This document shows, piece by piece, positions 1-10,731 of a stretch of 64,000 bases of DNA. Within the stretch, counting starts at the first letter, position 1. Every line of letters starts with the position of its first letter. Under the pieces are notes generated by a model. It did no database searches. It worked only from the letters and a program-made list of their open reading frames with translations, and was not told the origin of the DNA. The stretch comes from Lepidodermella squamata. Its lineage: Eukaryota; Animalia; Gastrotricha. Both the position numbers and the translations under genes were made by a program. The stretch is from contig JBLDXI010000012.1 of the NCBI GenBank assembly GCA_047495785.1, positions 248,001 through 312,000 of the forward strand, written 5' to 3'.

Positions 1-165
1 TTTTTGCCCGTTTTTAGCCTTTACAGTCGATAATTAGCAGAGAATGCAAGGTTGCGACGTACTGACCCATGTCTTTTTTTTAAAGAATTCTCATGCATAT
101 TCGATTTTTGATTTTGTCACAGAAGTGAAACATTGTTTTTTCAACATTTTAGATACTTTTTCTAA

Positions 166-531
166 ATGAGGACTTTCGCAATATTCGCCGCGATTTTAGC
201 GACGATCATCGGGTCTCTCGAGGCTAACCGATTTTCCAGCGCTAAATCTTCGGCCTACGGCGAGAATCGTCAAATCGCAGACTTGATATACGTTCCGTAT
301 CAGTCGAAATCAGCTATCAGCTACGCTGTTAATCCGAAACAAACTGTCCTAGTCAGCGTTGATACCCGCAACAAGCCAAAAGAGGAGCTGCTCGTCAATC
401 CAAAACTGCTATTCACCGCTGATCTGAAAACTGGCGTGAAGTCTGCGATAAACGATGACCGTCGAAAACGGCTATTGCGGTCGGCTTGGTTCGGGAATAA
501 CAATAACGCCCCCGTAGTATTTGTACCTTAG
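166..531 (+). CDS. Small secreted prepropeptide-like protein (121 aa)
   Basis: ATG ORF, hydrophobic signal peptide ending ..SLEA, furin-type RRKR site before the C-terminal peptide LLRSAWFGNNNNAPVVFVP, no Cys. Confidence 0.8.
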   Translation: MRTFAIFAAILATIIGSLEANRFSSAKSSAYGENRQIADLIYVPYQSKSAISYAVNPKQTVLVSVDTRNKPKEELLVNPKLLFTADLKTGVKSAINDDRRKRLLRSAWFGNNNNAPVVFVP

Positions 532-792
532 ACGGAAATTAATGATGCGTGAATTCTTGAAAAAATCGATTGATTTTATTAGGCTAGTTTACACCGCATA
601 GATTGATACTGATGAAAATAACCGTGATTGGTGCAGAATTTGGTACAGAAGGACAAGTAAACAGGAATCATTAAATCAACTTTCTTTGATGTGAAAACAC
701 GGTCACGAAATTGAAAGCATCCGGTCAATTAAGCTGGTTGCCGCTGAAATGTAGGTTTCCGCATTCGCTTTAACATCGCTAATTCTGCAAAC

Positions 793-1095
793 ATGAATTC
801 TTTTTCAAATAAATCCATCTTTGTCTTCACTTTGCTTATGATAGCTTTTTTCAATTGTGAGACAAATGCATTCGGCAGCTCTCTTATAAGCCACAGCCAT
901 GACAGTCGTCAATCAAAGTCTGCGCCTGATCCTCGGCTTAGGGGCCTACAGAGGCCGAAACGTTACCTTGTAAGAGATGGCGACTTTATTCTAGGCTCGC
1001 TGATTTCAAATCGACCGAAGCGTTTGTTAAAACTGGACACAGACGGCGCAGCTCCAGTTTGGCAATACGAGTACGAGCTCGATCACGATCACTAA
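793..1095 (+). CDS. Small secreted prepropeptide-like protein (100 aa)
   Basis: Signal peptide ending ..ETNA, two RPKR sites, AATAAA at 1171-1176. Confidence 0.8.
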   Translation: MNSFSNKSIFVFTLLMIAFFNCETNAFGSSLISHSHDSRQSKSAPDPRLRGLQRPKRYLVRDGDFILGSLISNRPKRLLKLDTDGAAPVWQYEYELDHDH

Positions 1096-1210
1096 AATCA
1101 TAGATTTCCAATTTGACTCACTATTATAGAGCATCAGCTTAAATGTTCTGTGATCATAGGTTTATTAGTGAATAAAATTAACTCGAAAAATCTAGCATCC
1201 TATTTGCAAT

Positions 1211-1522
1211 TTATCCTAGAACAGAGCGCAGTAAATTTTCTTCAGGATCATTCCATTTGCTGAGAGATGAAAGCTGATAACTAAGGTCGCCCAGTGAATT
1301 CGATTTTGCGCTGCTGTAAGCGCTGAGAGTGTTGCCGAGTTGATTGTACAACAGCGAATCTTCATCGATAGCATCGTCAGAATCGTTCCAATAGGGAAGC
1401 GGCTCGTAAAGCCAGTAAGGATCTTGACGGCGATTGGATGAAGACGCCAGCGGTTTTGCACTGAGAGTCGATATTGATAGGACCAGAAGCAAGAATGCTA
1501 AACATGTTTTCACCGCGAGCAT
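1211..1522 (-). CDS. Small secreted protein (103 aa)
   Basis: Signal peptide ending ..TLSA, RR site, acidic central region, C-terminal Gly. Confidence 0.8.
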   Translation of the reverse strand: MLAVKTCLAFLLLVLSISTLSAKPLASSSNRRQDPYWLYEPLPYWNDSDDAIDEDSLLYNQLGNTLSAYSSAKSNSLGDLSYQLSSLSKWNDPEENLLRSVLG

Positions 1523-2047
1523 GTTTTGCTGAAAGAATCCTTTATTCGTGTTGTAGTGTCCCAGCTCTTCCAGTAGTCAGGATGAATATGTGCCGGCACG
1601 TGATTTTATCGTGACACGTCATGTATCAATTTCCTCCCACTGGAACGTGTTTAAACTGTTTTTGTGCGAAGCCACTTTAAGCTGATAATTTCCTCTTGAG
1701 CTAAAAAAACAGCACGGATTGCCTACTCAATATTTCTACGCTTCGTTTTATTCAATAATGTGTGGTCGTAAAATTGAAATTTTCGATCGATGAAATTAGC
1801 CGTTTTCATTCTAAAAATACAACTCATCTGCAGAGGATTACACTTATATCGACCGGCTTCCAGGGATAGCATGCGCTTTCAAGCTACAGGGGATTGATGA
1901 TTGATAACAAAATGAAGAGGCAGATATCCCATTTGAATCTGAGCTCAAGGTATTAAGAATTGGTAGCCGCCCTTTTTAATGGAAATCGCCTTTTATAGCG
2001 ACCTTGACTCCGACACTTCAGTGAGCTAACTTTTGAATTAGTCGAAG

Positions 2048-2380
2048 ATGACACTCGCTCGTATTTTACTCAGCCTAACACCGTGTTTGTTGTTCCTGAT
2101 CGCAGCAAGGAGAACAGCAGCGGTTCCATTGTTCTATGACAACATTTACGACGACGAAGATGACGGAAGTGTGGAGAAGCGGCATTTTCCTATGATGGAG
2201 TACGTCATTCTAGGCGATGGCGATTTGGACTCATTGAATTTGGGCTATGATGACGAGCAAGACGGCGTCACTGATGACGCCATCGAGATAGTCGACCCTC
2301 GAGAAATTTTCGAGGCAAACAACAGCTTGGACGAGATCACTCTGCCAAGGAAGCGGTTTTGGTACTATGGCCTGTTTTAA
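2048..2380 (+). CDS. Small secreted prepropeptide-like protein (110 aa)
   Basis: Signal peptide, acidic spacers, KR and RKR sites releasing HFPMMEY.. and FWYYGLF; AATAAA at 2451-2456. Confidence 0.8.
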   Translation: MTLARILLSLTPCLLFLIAARRTAAVPLFYDNIYDDEDDGSVEKRHFPMMEYVILGDGDLDSLNLGYDDEQDGVTDDAIEIVDPREIFEANNSLDEITLPRKRFWYYGLF

Positions 2381-2465
2381 AAACGACTAGCTTGACAACT
2401 GACTTTATTACACAACAACAAAAAATCATATAAATGTGCGATTCAAGGTGAATAAAATTCATTTT

Positions 2466-2936
2466 TCAAATAGCTCCCCGAGAAATTGCAACAGGGGCAA
2501 CTTTGTTTTGATAAGTCTTCACGACACGGCTTTTCGGCGCCTGCTTAACTGCTTTCCATGCTTTGCTCATTCGGCTTTGAAAGGGGTTCCCGCTTGAGGC
2601 GGGCTTCTCCGAATTTTTCTTGGCAGGATTTTCCTGTTGATTTCTCAGAATTTTCACAATCGTCGCGTCGCTTACTTTAGCTGCGTTCGGATACTTTCCC
2701 GGCGATACTGGCCTATTTTCGTCATTGTAAAATGAGTCGAAATGGTAGAGAAGGGATCCGTAGTCAATAGGCCCGCCTTCGTCCTTCTGGAACCGCCGTA
2801 AAGCAGTAGCTAATTCATCGTTAGTTCGACCGGCTGCGATCCTAGTCTGCACAGGCATTGGCATATTCAACTCTTGGCCAGAAATCGCAGCTATCATGAA
2901 AGCGGCGGCGAAGCAAGATATGGAAATCGCGGCCAT
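2466..2936 (-). CDS. Small secreted protein (156 aa)
   Basis: Signal peptide ending ..AISG, RR and KK sites, basic C-terminus. Confidence 0.78.
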   Translation of the reverse strand: MAAISISCFAAAFMIAAISGQELNMPMPVQTRIAAGRTNDELATALRRFQKDEGGPIDYGSLLYHFDSFYNDENRPVSPGKYPNAAKVSDATIVKILRNQQENPAKKNSEKPASSGNPFQSRMSKAWKAVKQAPKSRVVKTYQNKVAPVAISRGAI

Positions 2937-3189
2937 TTTGTGAAAAAGTGAAAGTTGCGATAATGTGTCGTTACAATTCAGATCACTGAAAGCTAGCTGT
3001 ACGGGGGAAAGTGTTCGCGATATGCCTACGCTAAAAGTAGGCAGGAGTCATGACGAATTGTTCATCAAGTTTGGCACAAAGAAATTCTGTATTTCCTGTT
3101 ATTTTATACTTGCGTTCTGAAATTTGCGACTTCCGCCAGAAAAATGCAATAAGGTGGGCAATTAAGTTAGAAATGCGCGTCTAATTTTA

Positions 3190-3693
3190 TTACAATTTTT
3201 TCGGAGGAACTGGTTTTAATTTGATTGAATGACGTATGACTCCTACTCTATATAGCATGTTTTTGTATTCCAGCAACTTGGCTGGAAGCCGCTTTTCCAT
3301 TGTTTTAGCTGATTCATCTGAATCGTCCTCCTCACTCCACAGAAGAGATTGAGTTACGCCTGATAAAGGCGGCTTTCCGATTTGAGACAGCCGTTCTCGC
3401 TGCTTTTCCCTTTGCGCTGGGGAGGGCGGGGCTAACGTCCAATAGCTGTAGGGCTTGTTCCTTTCACCGTAATCTTTCCGTGCCTGCTTAATGGTTCGAG
3501 TTAGATGGCGTTTTATTATTCCATCAAATGTAGCCGCTGAATCATCAGACCTTTCGGTAGATGTCGGAGGCGTCAAAAGTTGCCTAGAGGTTTGCTGCGT
3601 AGTCGAGTTTCCCATGTTTTCTGCTGCAAGTCCGTGAAGCGCATCAACAGCCTGGAAAGCGGAAATGAGTAACAGGAGAGTCGCAGAAAACAT
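3190..3693 (-). CDS. Small secreted prepropeptide-like protein (167 aa), probable paralog of 3946-4242
   Basis: Signal peptide ending ..AVDA, KR sites; shares ordered motifs RHL, YWT, LSG, EYK, HSI with its neighbour. Confidence 0.8.
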   Translation of the reverse strand: MFSATLLLLISAFQAVDALHGLAAENMGNSTTQQTSRQLLTPPTSTERSDDSAATFDGIIKRHLTRTIKQARKDYGERNKPYSYWTLAPPSPAQREKQRERLSQIGKPPLSGVTQSLLWSEEDDSDESAKTMEKRLPAKLLEYKNMLYRVGVIRHSIKLKPVPPKKL

Positions 3694-3945
3694 GTTTCAT
3701 GAATAATAAGCAAATGCTACAATACAATTCATCCTATCGAATTGTCGCAGGAGTGAAGCGTGATCATTAATGGATGCCGTTTCAATTACGCGCGGCTTAG
3801 ATCGGCTATTCAGATGCCAGTTTCCGTCCATGGCACAGATTTAAGCGAGCGTACTTACAGAATGTCTGTTTTTCATCCCGCTCAAGTGCAATTTGAGCCC
3901 AAACTGGCCAAAAGCGGTGAATCAGTGTGATTTTTTATTCTTTTA

Positions 3946-4242
3946 ATGAAGATGCATTTTCAGAAAATCCTCATCTTACTGGGCCTAATGGTAGCCGTAG
4001 CTGCAGACCGACATCTAGGACGTCCTAGAAAAATATTGAGAACAGGCCCTCTAAGTCGAGAAGACGTTGTCACGTTAGCCTACGCGTCTGCCCGTCCATC
4101 GAAAAATGCTCCATACTGGACGAAACCAATCGAAATCGAGTCACTCAACAGCAAGGACGCAACCCATCATTTCGGGTCTTTCTTAAGAAAGGTCCACCTT
4201 TCTGGTCCACCTGAATACAAAATACTGAAACATTCAATATAA
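3946..4242 (+). CDS. Small secreted basic protein (98 aa), probable paralog of 3190-3693
   Basis: Signal peptide ending ..AVAA; shared motifs with the head-to-head neighbour; AATAAA at 4270-4275. Confidence 0.78.
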   Translation: MKMHFQKILILLGLMVAVAADRHLGRPRKILRTGPLSREDVVTLAYASARPSKNAPYWTKPIEIESLNSKDATHHFGSFLRKVHLSGPPEYKILKHSI

Positions 4243-4283
4243 TTTTATTTTGCACACCATTACGAAAGGAATAAAGCTTTCCC

Positions 4284-6641
4284 TCATTTGAACTTTGCTG
4301 ATGTGTAACTATCTTTCCTATTTCTCTCTGAAGGAACATGGGCAACATCATTCGTATCTTGATTGTTACCAGAAATAGCTGACTTCATAGCGTTCCATCC
4401 CGTAAGAAATTCAGCCATGAAGCAGGTCGATGACAAGATCAACGCCACAAAGGAAATCACGACTGTTTGAGACGAAGGGGACTGAAAGATGAAACTCAGC
4501 AAAATGCACGCGCCGATAACTGTTATAAAATTAGCTAGACACATCGTATAGAATTTCGCTTGGCTAGATAACACCTTGTGTGCACGCAAACTCACGGCTG
4601 TCGACACAGAAGCTACTACGCAGACGGCTTGGAGTGCACCGACAATGGCGATCCAAACAGACGAACGACTAGAAGCGCAGGCGTAAGAACGATAGTCGAA
4701 GTAAGCGTCAACATCGTCGTCGTAAACTGTACCAAAATGACTAAATGCTATGTTAGGAGCGTCGTATGTCACCCAGATTATTACGATCATAATATTGAGA
4801 AGGATAGAGATGGCAACAACGATCACCCGGTTTCTCTTGCCATGTTTACTAACATGAGCAGACTTACGCGCTGAGAGCGATTGGGTAGGTCGCGTTGTTA
4901 TTGAATTAGATCGAGTTCGCCAGCGCTTTTCTTGAATAATCACGGCGGGGTCGTCTTTTTTAGACAAAAATGAACCCAACCGGTGCAGTATAACTGCGTT
5001 GAACACAGACAAGCCAGAAATAGCAAACAAGTAACGAATGATGCACTGGGGCTGGCTGGAAGCTTCATTACTACCAATAAAAGTTACTGCTGAAATATTA
5101 GCTGATAACGAACCGAACAAGAGAATAAAACCGATAATTTTAGATGCATTCGCTTTCGTGAGTATGAAAATGAATCCAATGACTTGAAGGAGGGTCACAA
5201 TCGCACTTAACACGTATATGAATATGACCAAACCATCAGCTGGCTTGGTGATGACGATGGCTGTCGGCGGGTAAGCAATGGGAATACCACCGCCGTACCA
5301 CACTGCAGGCTGGGCGTTGGAGATTCGATAGCTTAGTGGGTCGTCAAATCTTTGCGATTCATTATGCTCGATTTTATAAACCAATTGGTAGCCTTTTTCT
5401 GGGGTCCATTGGAAAACTCCCTGGGGTTCATCGTCACTCTCTAACCTTTTCGTGTACTTGATCCGGCCGACTCTTAGTCCGACAAAATCTATCTCAGCAG
5501 CGCTTTGATTTATGACTTTCATCACCATATTCGGCTTTGTGGCGAAGTCAAGTAGTGAAGCGTTCATTAGGTTCAGTTTCTTCTCAGCCTCGTCCAATAC
5601 CTTCAGTCCCATCAAAGTCGCGTCGTGGTATACATGCTTGAGAATTGCGTCAGGAGAGCCTGTAGTGTTGATAAGAGCATTCAGCCGAGCTTCAAACTGC
5701 TGCCGGTTGTAGCCAAGAGACGTCGGGCCGTAGTCTTCAGTGCCAAACATGAAGGTCCCCGTCCAAAACGTGTATTTCATTTGCTCGATCAAGATCTGAC
5801 GCGTGCATCTCGCAGGCAAAGGTGGCAATGTTCCGTTAAGTTCAAACATGATTGAAGGATAGGTGATGAATACAACTCGCGATCCAGTAACACCTCCGAA
5901 AAATGCAAAACAAAGGAACTTGATCAGAAGATCGATGCTGGAGATTTCAAGAAGAATCGCTCTCAAGTCGCTCTTTCTCAGGGATTCGATCGTTGGCGCA
6001 TCGATATCAAGAATAGAGGCGAACCACGGTATCTGAATGCCTTGGTCATTCAACACTTTTTCCATTAAGACCGCTCCGGAGTAGTCGCGATTATTGCCTG
6101 CGTTAGTTAGGAGAGCAACCTTGTCCCACTGCCCAATTACCTTGACGAAATAAAGCCTAGGATACACGATTACATCCCCAGTTGCGCGAACTTTGTACAG
6201 ATTGGGGTATTGGACCCGATTGGCAGCCATTGAAGTCGCGACACAGGCTGTGCCAATGCCAATCATGTCGACGTGGTGCAGAAGCGATGCAACTGGCTGG
6301 CAGCCTGGGGAGAAGTAAGGACCGATGACCACCGGAGCGAGTGCTGTCATGTTGATGAGTGGGCCGTCTCGCCAGAACTGCACTACGTTGGATGGAGCTC
6401 GTAAGGCATTAGAACCTTCATCGCGGTAGATCGGCTCGATTTGGTAGTTGCGCAAGAAATTCGGATTGTCATTAGCGGCATCTATAGCCACTTGAACTGA
6501 AGCTTTGCAGACTAAGCCATCCCTTGGAGCGTTGCCTGTGAAAGCAGCCATTGCTAACATCTGAAGCCTGAACGGCTTCTTTACAGCTGCCTCACAGCTC
6601 GTTATCAACAAGATTAACAAAAATACGCAGAAAGTCTTCAT
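4284..6641 (-). CDS. Intronless orphan class C GPCR, GABA-B receptor-like (copy 1, subtype A), 785 aa
   Basis: Signal peptide; Venus-flytrap N-terminus (VCKASVQVAIDAANDNPNFLRNYQIE) aligns by eye with GABA-B1 ([26 protein letters not shown]); QYPNLYKV motif; seven hydrophobic segments with Cys before TM3 and in ECL2; no cysteine-rich domain. Confidence 0.85.
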   Translation of the reverse strand: MKTFCVFLLILLITSCEAAVKKPFRLQMLAMAAFTGNAPRDGLVCKASVQVAIDAANDNPNFLRNYQIEPIYRDEGSNALRAPSNVVQFWRDGPLINMTALAPVVIGPYFSPGCQPVASLLHHVDMIGIGTACVATSMAANRVQYPNLYKVRATGDVIVYPRLYFVKVIGQWDKVALLTNAGNNRDYSGAVLMEKVLNDQGIQIPWFASILDIDAPTIESLRKSDLRAILLEISSIDLLIKFLCFAFFGGVTGSRVVFITYPSIMFELNGTLPPLPARCTRQILIEQMKYTFWTGTFMFGTEDYGPTSLGYNRQQFEARLNALINTTGSPDAILKHVYHDATLMGLKVLDEAEKKLNLMNASLLDFATKPNMVMKVINQSAAEIDFVGLRVGRIKYTKRLESDDEPQGVFQWTPEKGYQLVYKIEHNESQRFDDPLSYRISNAQPAVWYGGGIPIAYPPTAIVITKPADGLVIFIYVLSAIVTLLQVIGFIFILTKANASKIIGFILLFGSLSANISAVTFIGSNEASSQPQCIIRYLFAISGLSVFNAVILHRLGSFLSKKDDPAVIIQEKRWRTRSNSITTRPTQSLSARKSAHVSKHGKRNRVIVVAISILLNIMIVIIWVTYDAPNIAFSHFGTVYDDDVDAYFDYRSYACASSRSSVWIAIVGALQAVCVVASVSTAVSLRAHKVLSSQAKFYTMCLANFITVIGACILLSFIFQSPSSQTVVISFVALILSSTCFMAEFLTGWNAMKSAISGNNQDTNDVAHVPSERNRKDSYTSAKFK

Positions 6642-7027
6642 GAAAGCTTATTTCTTATTTCTTGAGAGAAAATTTATGTTTTGAATTTCAACAGGATGAT
6701 AGATGTTTTTATTGAAACTTTCAAGCTGACATCAAATACAGCTTATTACGACCCTGATGCTTCTCCCCGACAGTTATATAACTGCGTCAGTCATTAATAA
6801 ACACGCAAGATCATGAATTAGCTATATAGACTGGAGGGTCGATGGTGGTGCTTCTAAAACGGTAATCGCGAGACGCTTCAAAAATCATAAGGTGAGCCCA
6901 CGTTGCAGCTAATTCAGTTCACCACTTATCCTCTTAGAGTCACATCATTAAAAGTTACAGTAGCTACACGAGAAGAAAAATTATTTTCACTTCTTCAGAT
7001 ATTTTCGATTAGCTGTAAGTATATCAA

Positions 7028-9358
7028 TCAACCTAGCGGAGCAGATGATACTTTTCGGTGTGAAGTTGAACGCGCAGCGAGGTGGCTGCCTCTTGGCATT
7101 ACAGGTGGCGACCTTATATCGACTTTGATCGCAGCTATTAAGATAGTAAGGAATGACGAGACTGATATAACGAGGGCGCTTGTTGCTAAGACGGCAGCTT
7201 GAGACACTGGAGAGCGGAATAAGGAAAAAATCAGCGCAGCTATTACCATCAAAATTGCATTATTTCCCAAGCCAAAAGCGTAGATCTTAATCTCTAGGTT
7301 TCTATGCTTTCGCTTGCCAATGAAAACATACGCTCCATAGAGTAGCAAAACAGCGTGAGTTACCCCAATCGCGGAAATCCAAGCTCCTTCATGGTCTGAC
7401 CGGCAGAAAATGGCTCGATATTGAAAGAAAGCGTCCTCCTCGTTGTCAAAAATTGCATCACGGTCAAATATGTTCGATAGCGTTGCAGTTGGAGGGTCGT
7501 AAATGAACCAGATTAATATCAGCGATAAGTTAGCAATTAAGAACGAAAAATAAGGGATATGCAAACACGGTCTTCTGAGGATTGTGGTCGAATTTGTTTG
7601 ACCTGGTGGTAACGATGCTGTATAGCGAACGGATTCTTTGTGCGCTGCTGGAATTTGCCCCGAGACATTAACACCTACAGCGGAATTACAACCAGTTAAT
7701 AGCCGCCAGAAAGAGCAATTCAGACAAGCTAGGGCTAAAATGGCAAACAGGTACTCAATAGTGCATGTTAACTGAGTGCCGACGTCGAAATTAGCTAGAA
7801 AGAGGCATGATGCAACGTTTGCAAGCAAGCAACCAGCCATTACGATCACAATCAACAATTTCTGCTTGCCTTTCCGTACCACGATCGCGAATAATACCAA
7901 GACTTCTGCAAATGAGATCAATCCGGCAGCAAAATAAAGCGTGAAAGCTAAGGCCTTTGTTGGTTTCACCGTTATAGCAGTTAGAGGAGGATAGGCTTTA
8001 GGTGGTTTCCTATCTTCGGTGTACCAAGTCGCGGAGACCCGCGTTGGGCTAATTTTTGTAGCTGTCGGGATCATCCACAGGCCTTGATTCGTTGTGAGTC
8101 ACAAAGTAGACCAGCTGGTAACCATTTTCCGCGGTCCATTGGTAACTTCCCTGGGGCTCTTGGTCACTTTCAAGTCTTTTCGAGTAAGTAAAGCGGCCGA
8201 CCCGTAGTCCGATAAAATCGACCTCAGCAGCACTTGAATTCACTGCTCGCATCACTTCAAGAGGTCGATGTGCATAGTCTTTAAGAGATAAATTGTATGT
8301 TTTCAGTTTCAAGTCAGTTTCATGGAGAACTTCAAGGGCCATCAGAGCTGCATCATGATAAATATGCTTCCATAGCGCATCGGGCGATCCTTCAGTCTCC
8401 AACTTACATCGAATTCTTTACTTGAGTAGCCCAAGGTTGTGAGTCCGTTTTCATCAACTCCGAGCGTGAGGAACCCGGTGAAATAAGTCGATTTGACCTG
8501 CTGAATTAGCGATCTTCTAGTACAACCACGTGGTAGCGTAGGCAGCATTCCGTTCAATTCGAACATCACGGAAGAAAGTGGTAAGAACACGTACCTAGAC
8601 CCCGTAACGCCGTTGTCGTAGGCGACACATAAAAATTTGATCAGCAGATCAAGACTGGACATCTCGAGCAAAACAACACGCATCTGACTTGACCTCAGTG
8701 ATTCAATAGTAGCTGCATCGATGTCGAGAACTGCAGTGAACCAGGGTATAGTAATTCCTTGATTTAGCAAAATTTTCTCGAGAAAAACAGCTCCCGTATA
8801 GTCTCGATTGTTAGCTGCATTTGTTATCAAAGAAACCTTATCCCAGCCACCGATTAATTGAATGAACTTAAGTTTTGCGAATGCAATCACGTCAGCTCCC
8901 GCGCGTACTTTGTAAAGATTCGGATACTGAACATGGTTAGCTGTTAGCGATAAGGCCCCGCAGGCTGTTCCGATGCCAACCATTTGGACATGGTGAAGAG
9001 TTGCTGCGAAAGGTATGCACCCAGGTGTGTAGTAAGGACCAATAGCAACAGGTGCAATACCGGTGCTATTTTCTGTAGGACCTTGTCGCCAAAAACTTAT
9101 GAGATTGGACGGAGCGCGTAATGAGTTGGACCCTTCGTCGCGGAAAACGAGTTCGATGTCATAATCACTCAGAAAATCAGCCCGTCTATTAGCGGCGTCA
9201 ACAGCCACTTGGACCGCAGCTTTACAGACCATTCCGTCCCTGGGTTGGTTTCCCGTGAATCCGATTTGGGTAAGCAGCTGGAGTTTGAACGGTTTGGCTC
9301 GAACCATAGTTCCTGAGCTGACAGCTGAAATCAGTATAAACTCAAGAATCAGCAACAT
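7028..9358 (-). pseudogene. GABA-B-like class C GPCR copy 2 (subtype B), broken into three ORFs by two frameshifts
   Basis: ORFs 8342-9358, 8049-8402 and 7028-8074 are consecutively collinear with copy 3; about 13 nt missing near 8397-8407 and a probable extra base in the A5 run at 8053-8057; assembly error is possible. Confidence 0.75.
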
Positions 9359-10144
9359 TCAGCAGAATGTTTCAAAAAGCTTTAAATTACTCTGTTTTAA
9401 AAAAGACAATACAAATTATTATGTGAACGATTTCCACAAGCTTCAAGGATCGGCAGACCCCTCTCTACGGCCCGGTACAGTTTACCGTGTATAAAGGGAT
9501 CTAAGTTGGATGGAAACTTGTTTTCCAAGAGCAAAGATCGAGCTAAGCGAGGGCGAGTGTGCACACACTACTAGCAATACGCCCATTTTAACGTCATAGG
9601 TCTCTTACCTATTACTCAAAAAAGAGAGATTTCAATCGACTAGCAAACCCAGGTCTTTATAATTTGTACATTTATAGTGGCGGAGTCCAACCCCAGAATG
9701 GCAAGGAATTTTAGATCCCTGGAAAACGGCAGTTGTAGTCAAGTCCAAGATCCAAGGACATGTAGTTTCCAAATTAGCAGTATTTTACAGGCTGTTGCTT
9801 TTTTCGTACAGCGGTATATATCTTTTCCACCTCATCACGAGTTGAAACATCCGTGCGTTAATTAATAAAATATTTCCCATCAACAAAGCGCTGAAGGCGA
9901 ACAATTTCGACACTGATAAGGTTGGAAAAAGGTTGAACGGTTGGAAAATGTTTAAATCTAACCTGTGAAGATAAGCTTTCCACTCTATGTATGCCCATTG
10001 TACTCAGTATGTTTTATTTCTTATAATTCGAAATTAAACACTTAAATGAATGTTCAGAATGCAATTAGTCGTGCGCGATCCGGAATGTCTGCCGTTAATA
10101 TCTGTCATAGCTTCTTGTTATTGTACCATATCACCCGACAATAT

Positions 10145-10339
10145 TCATCGATGTTGCTCGTCAAGCGCATAGGAAGCATCGAAGTCAAAGAAAGCGTCGT
10201 CTGAAGGTGATTTCGTATCTCCGAACTTAAATGGAACATTTCGTCGTGACATGTCTCGCATTGTCCGCCAATCAGCATAAACCATTACGAAAAGCGAAGC
10301 AAAAATGAAAACAAATGCGCCTGACAGCCAAAAATGCAT
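10145..10339 (-). CDS. Very small secreted peptide precursor (64 aa)
   Basis: Signal peptide ending ..MVYA, RR site; DW..T..DM..RR.VP resembles the neighbour. Confidence 0.72.
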   Translation of the reverse strand: MHFWLSGAFVFIFASLFVMVYADWRTMRDMSRRNVPFKFGDTKSPSDDAFFDFDASYALDEQHR

Positions 10340-10545
10340 ATGGTTGTATTGAAATAAAAAAATTCAAATTCGGCAAATTTATTTTTGCTTGGTATAGTTT
10401 CGGAGCATATTGCTCTAGGAATGGGGAGTGCAAGATAATCTGGTGCTAAAATGACATGGCGCTGTCTGTTGGGGATATCATATTGATAAATAAGTTATCA
10501 TCGTCTCGTTTTCGGCTTTCGGTGTATTCCAGTATCAGTTAGTAG

Positions 10546-10731
10546 TCATTTATTAGGCTCTCGCAGAAGGCTTAGCAAACGCATGCGGTGGGCGGGTGGA
10601 ACTCGTTTGTCCATGAAGTCGTAGTAGGTGTCATCCCAATCACGGGCGCTGACAACTGGAAGCGTTGCAGCGAAGAAAATCGTTGCAATAACAGCCAAAG
10701 TGAACATTAGCGCCAAGTACCGACCAGCCAT
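10546..10731 (-). CDS. Very small secreted peptide precursor (61 aa)
   Basis: Signal peptide ending ..VVSA, KR site separating RDWDDTYYDFMD and VPPAHRMRLLSLLREPNK. Confidence 0.75.
   Translation of the reverse strand: MAGRYLALMFTLAVIATIFFAATLPVVSARDWDDTYYDFMDKRVPPAHRMRLLSLLREPNK

Noticed and set aside
8397-8407. 11 nt GT..AG micro-intron repairing the first frameshift of receptor copy 2
   Set aside because: Far shorter than the ~50 nt introns in this window, and removal would delete eight residues present in paralogs
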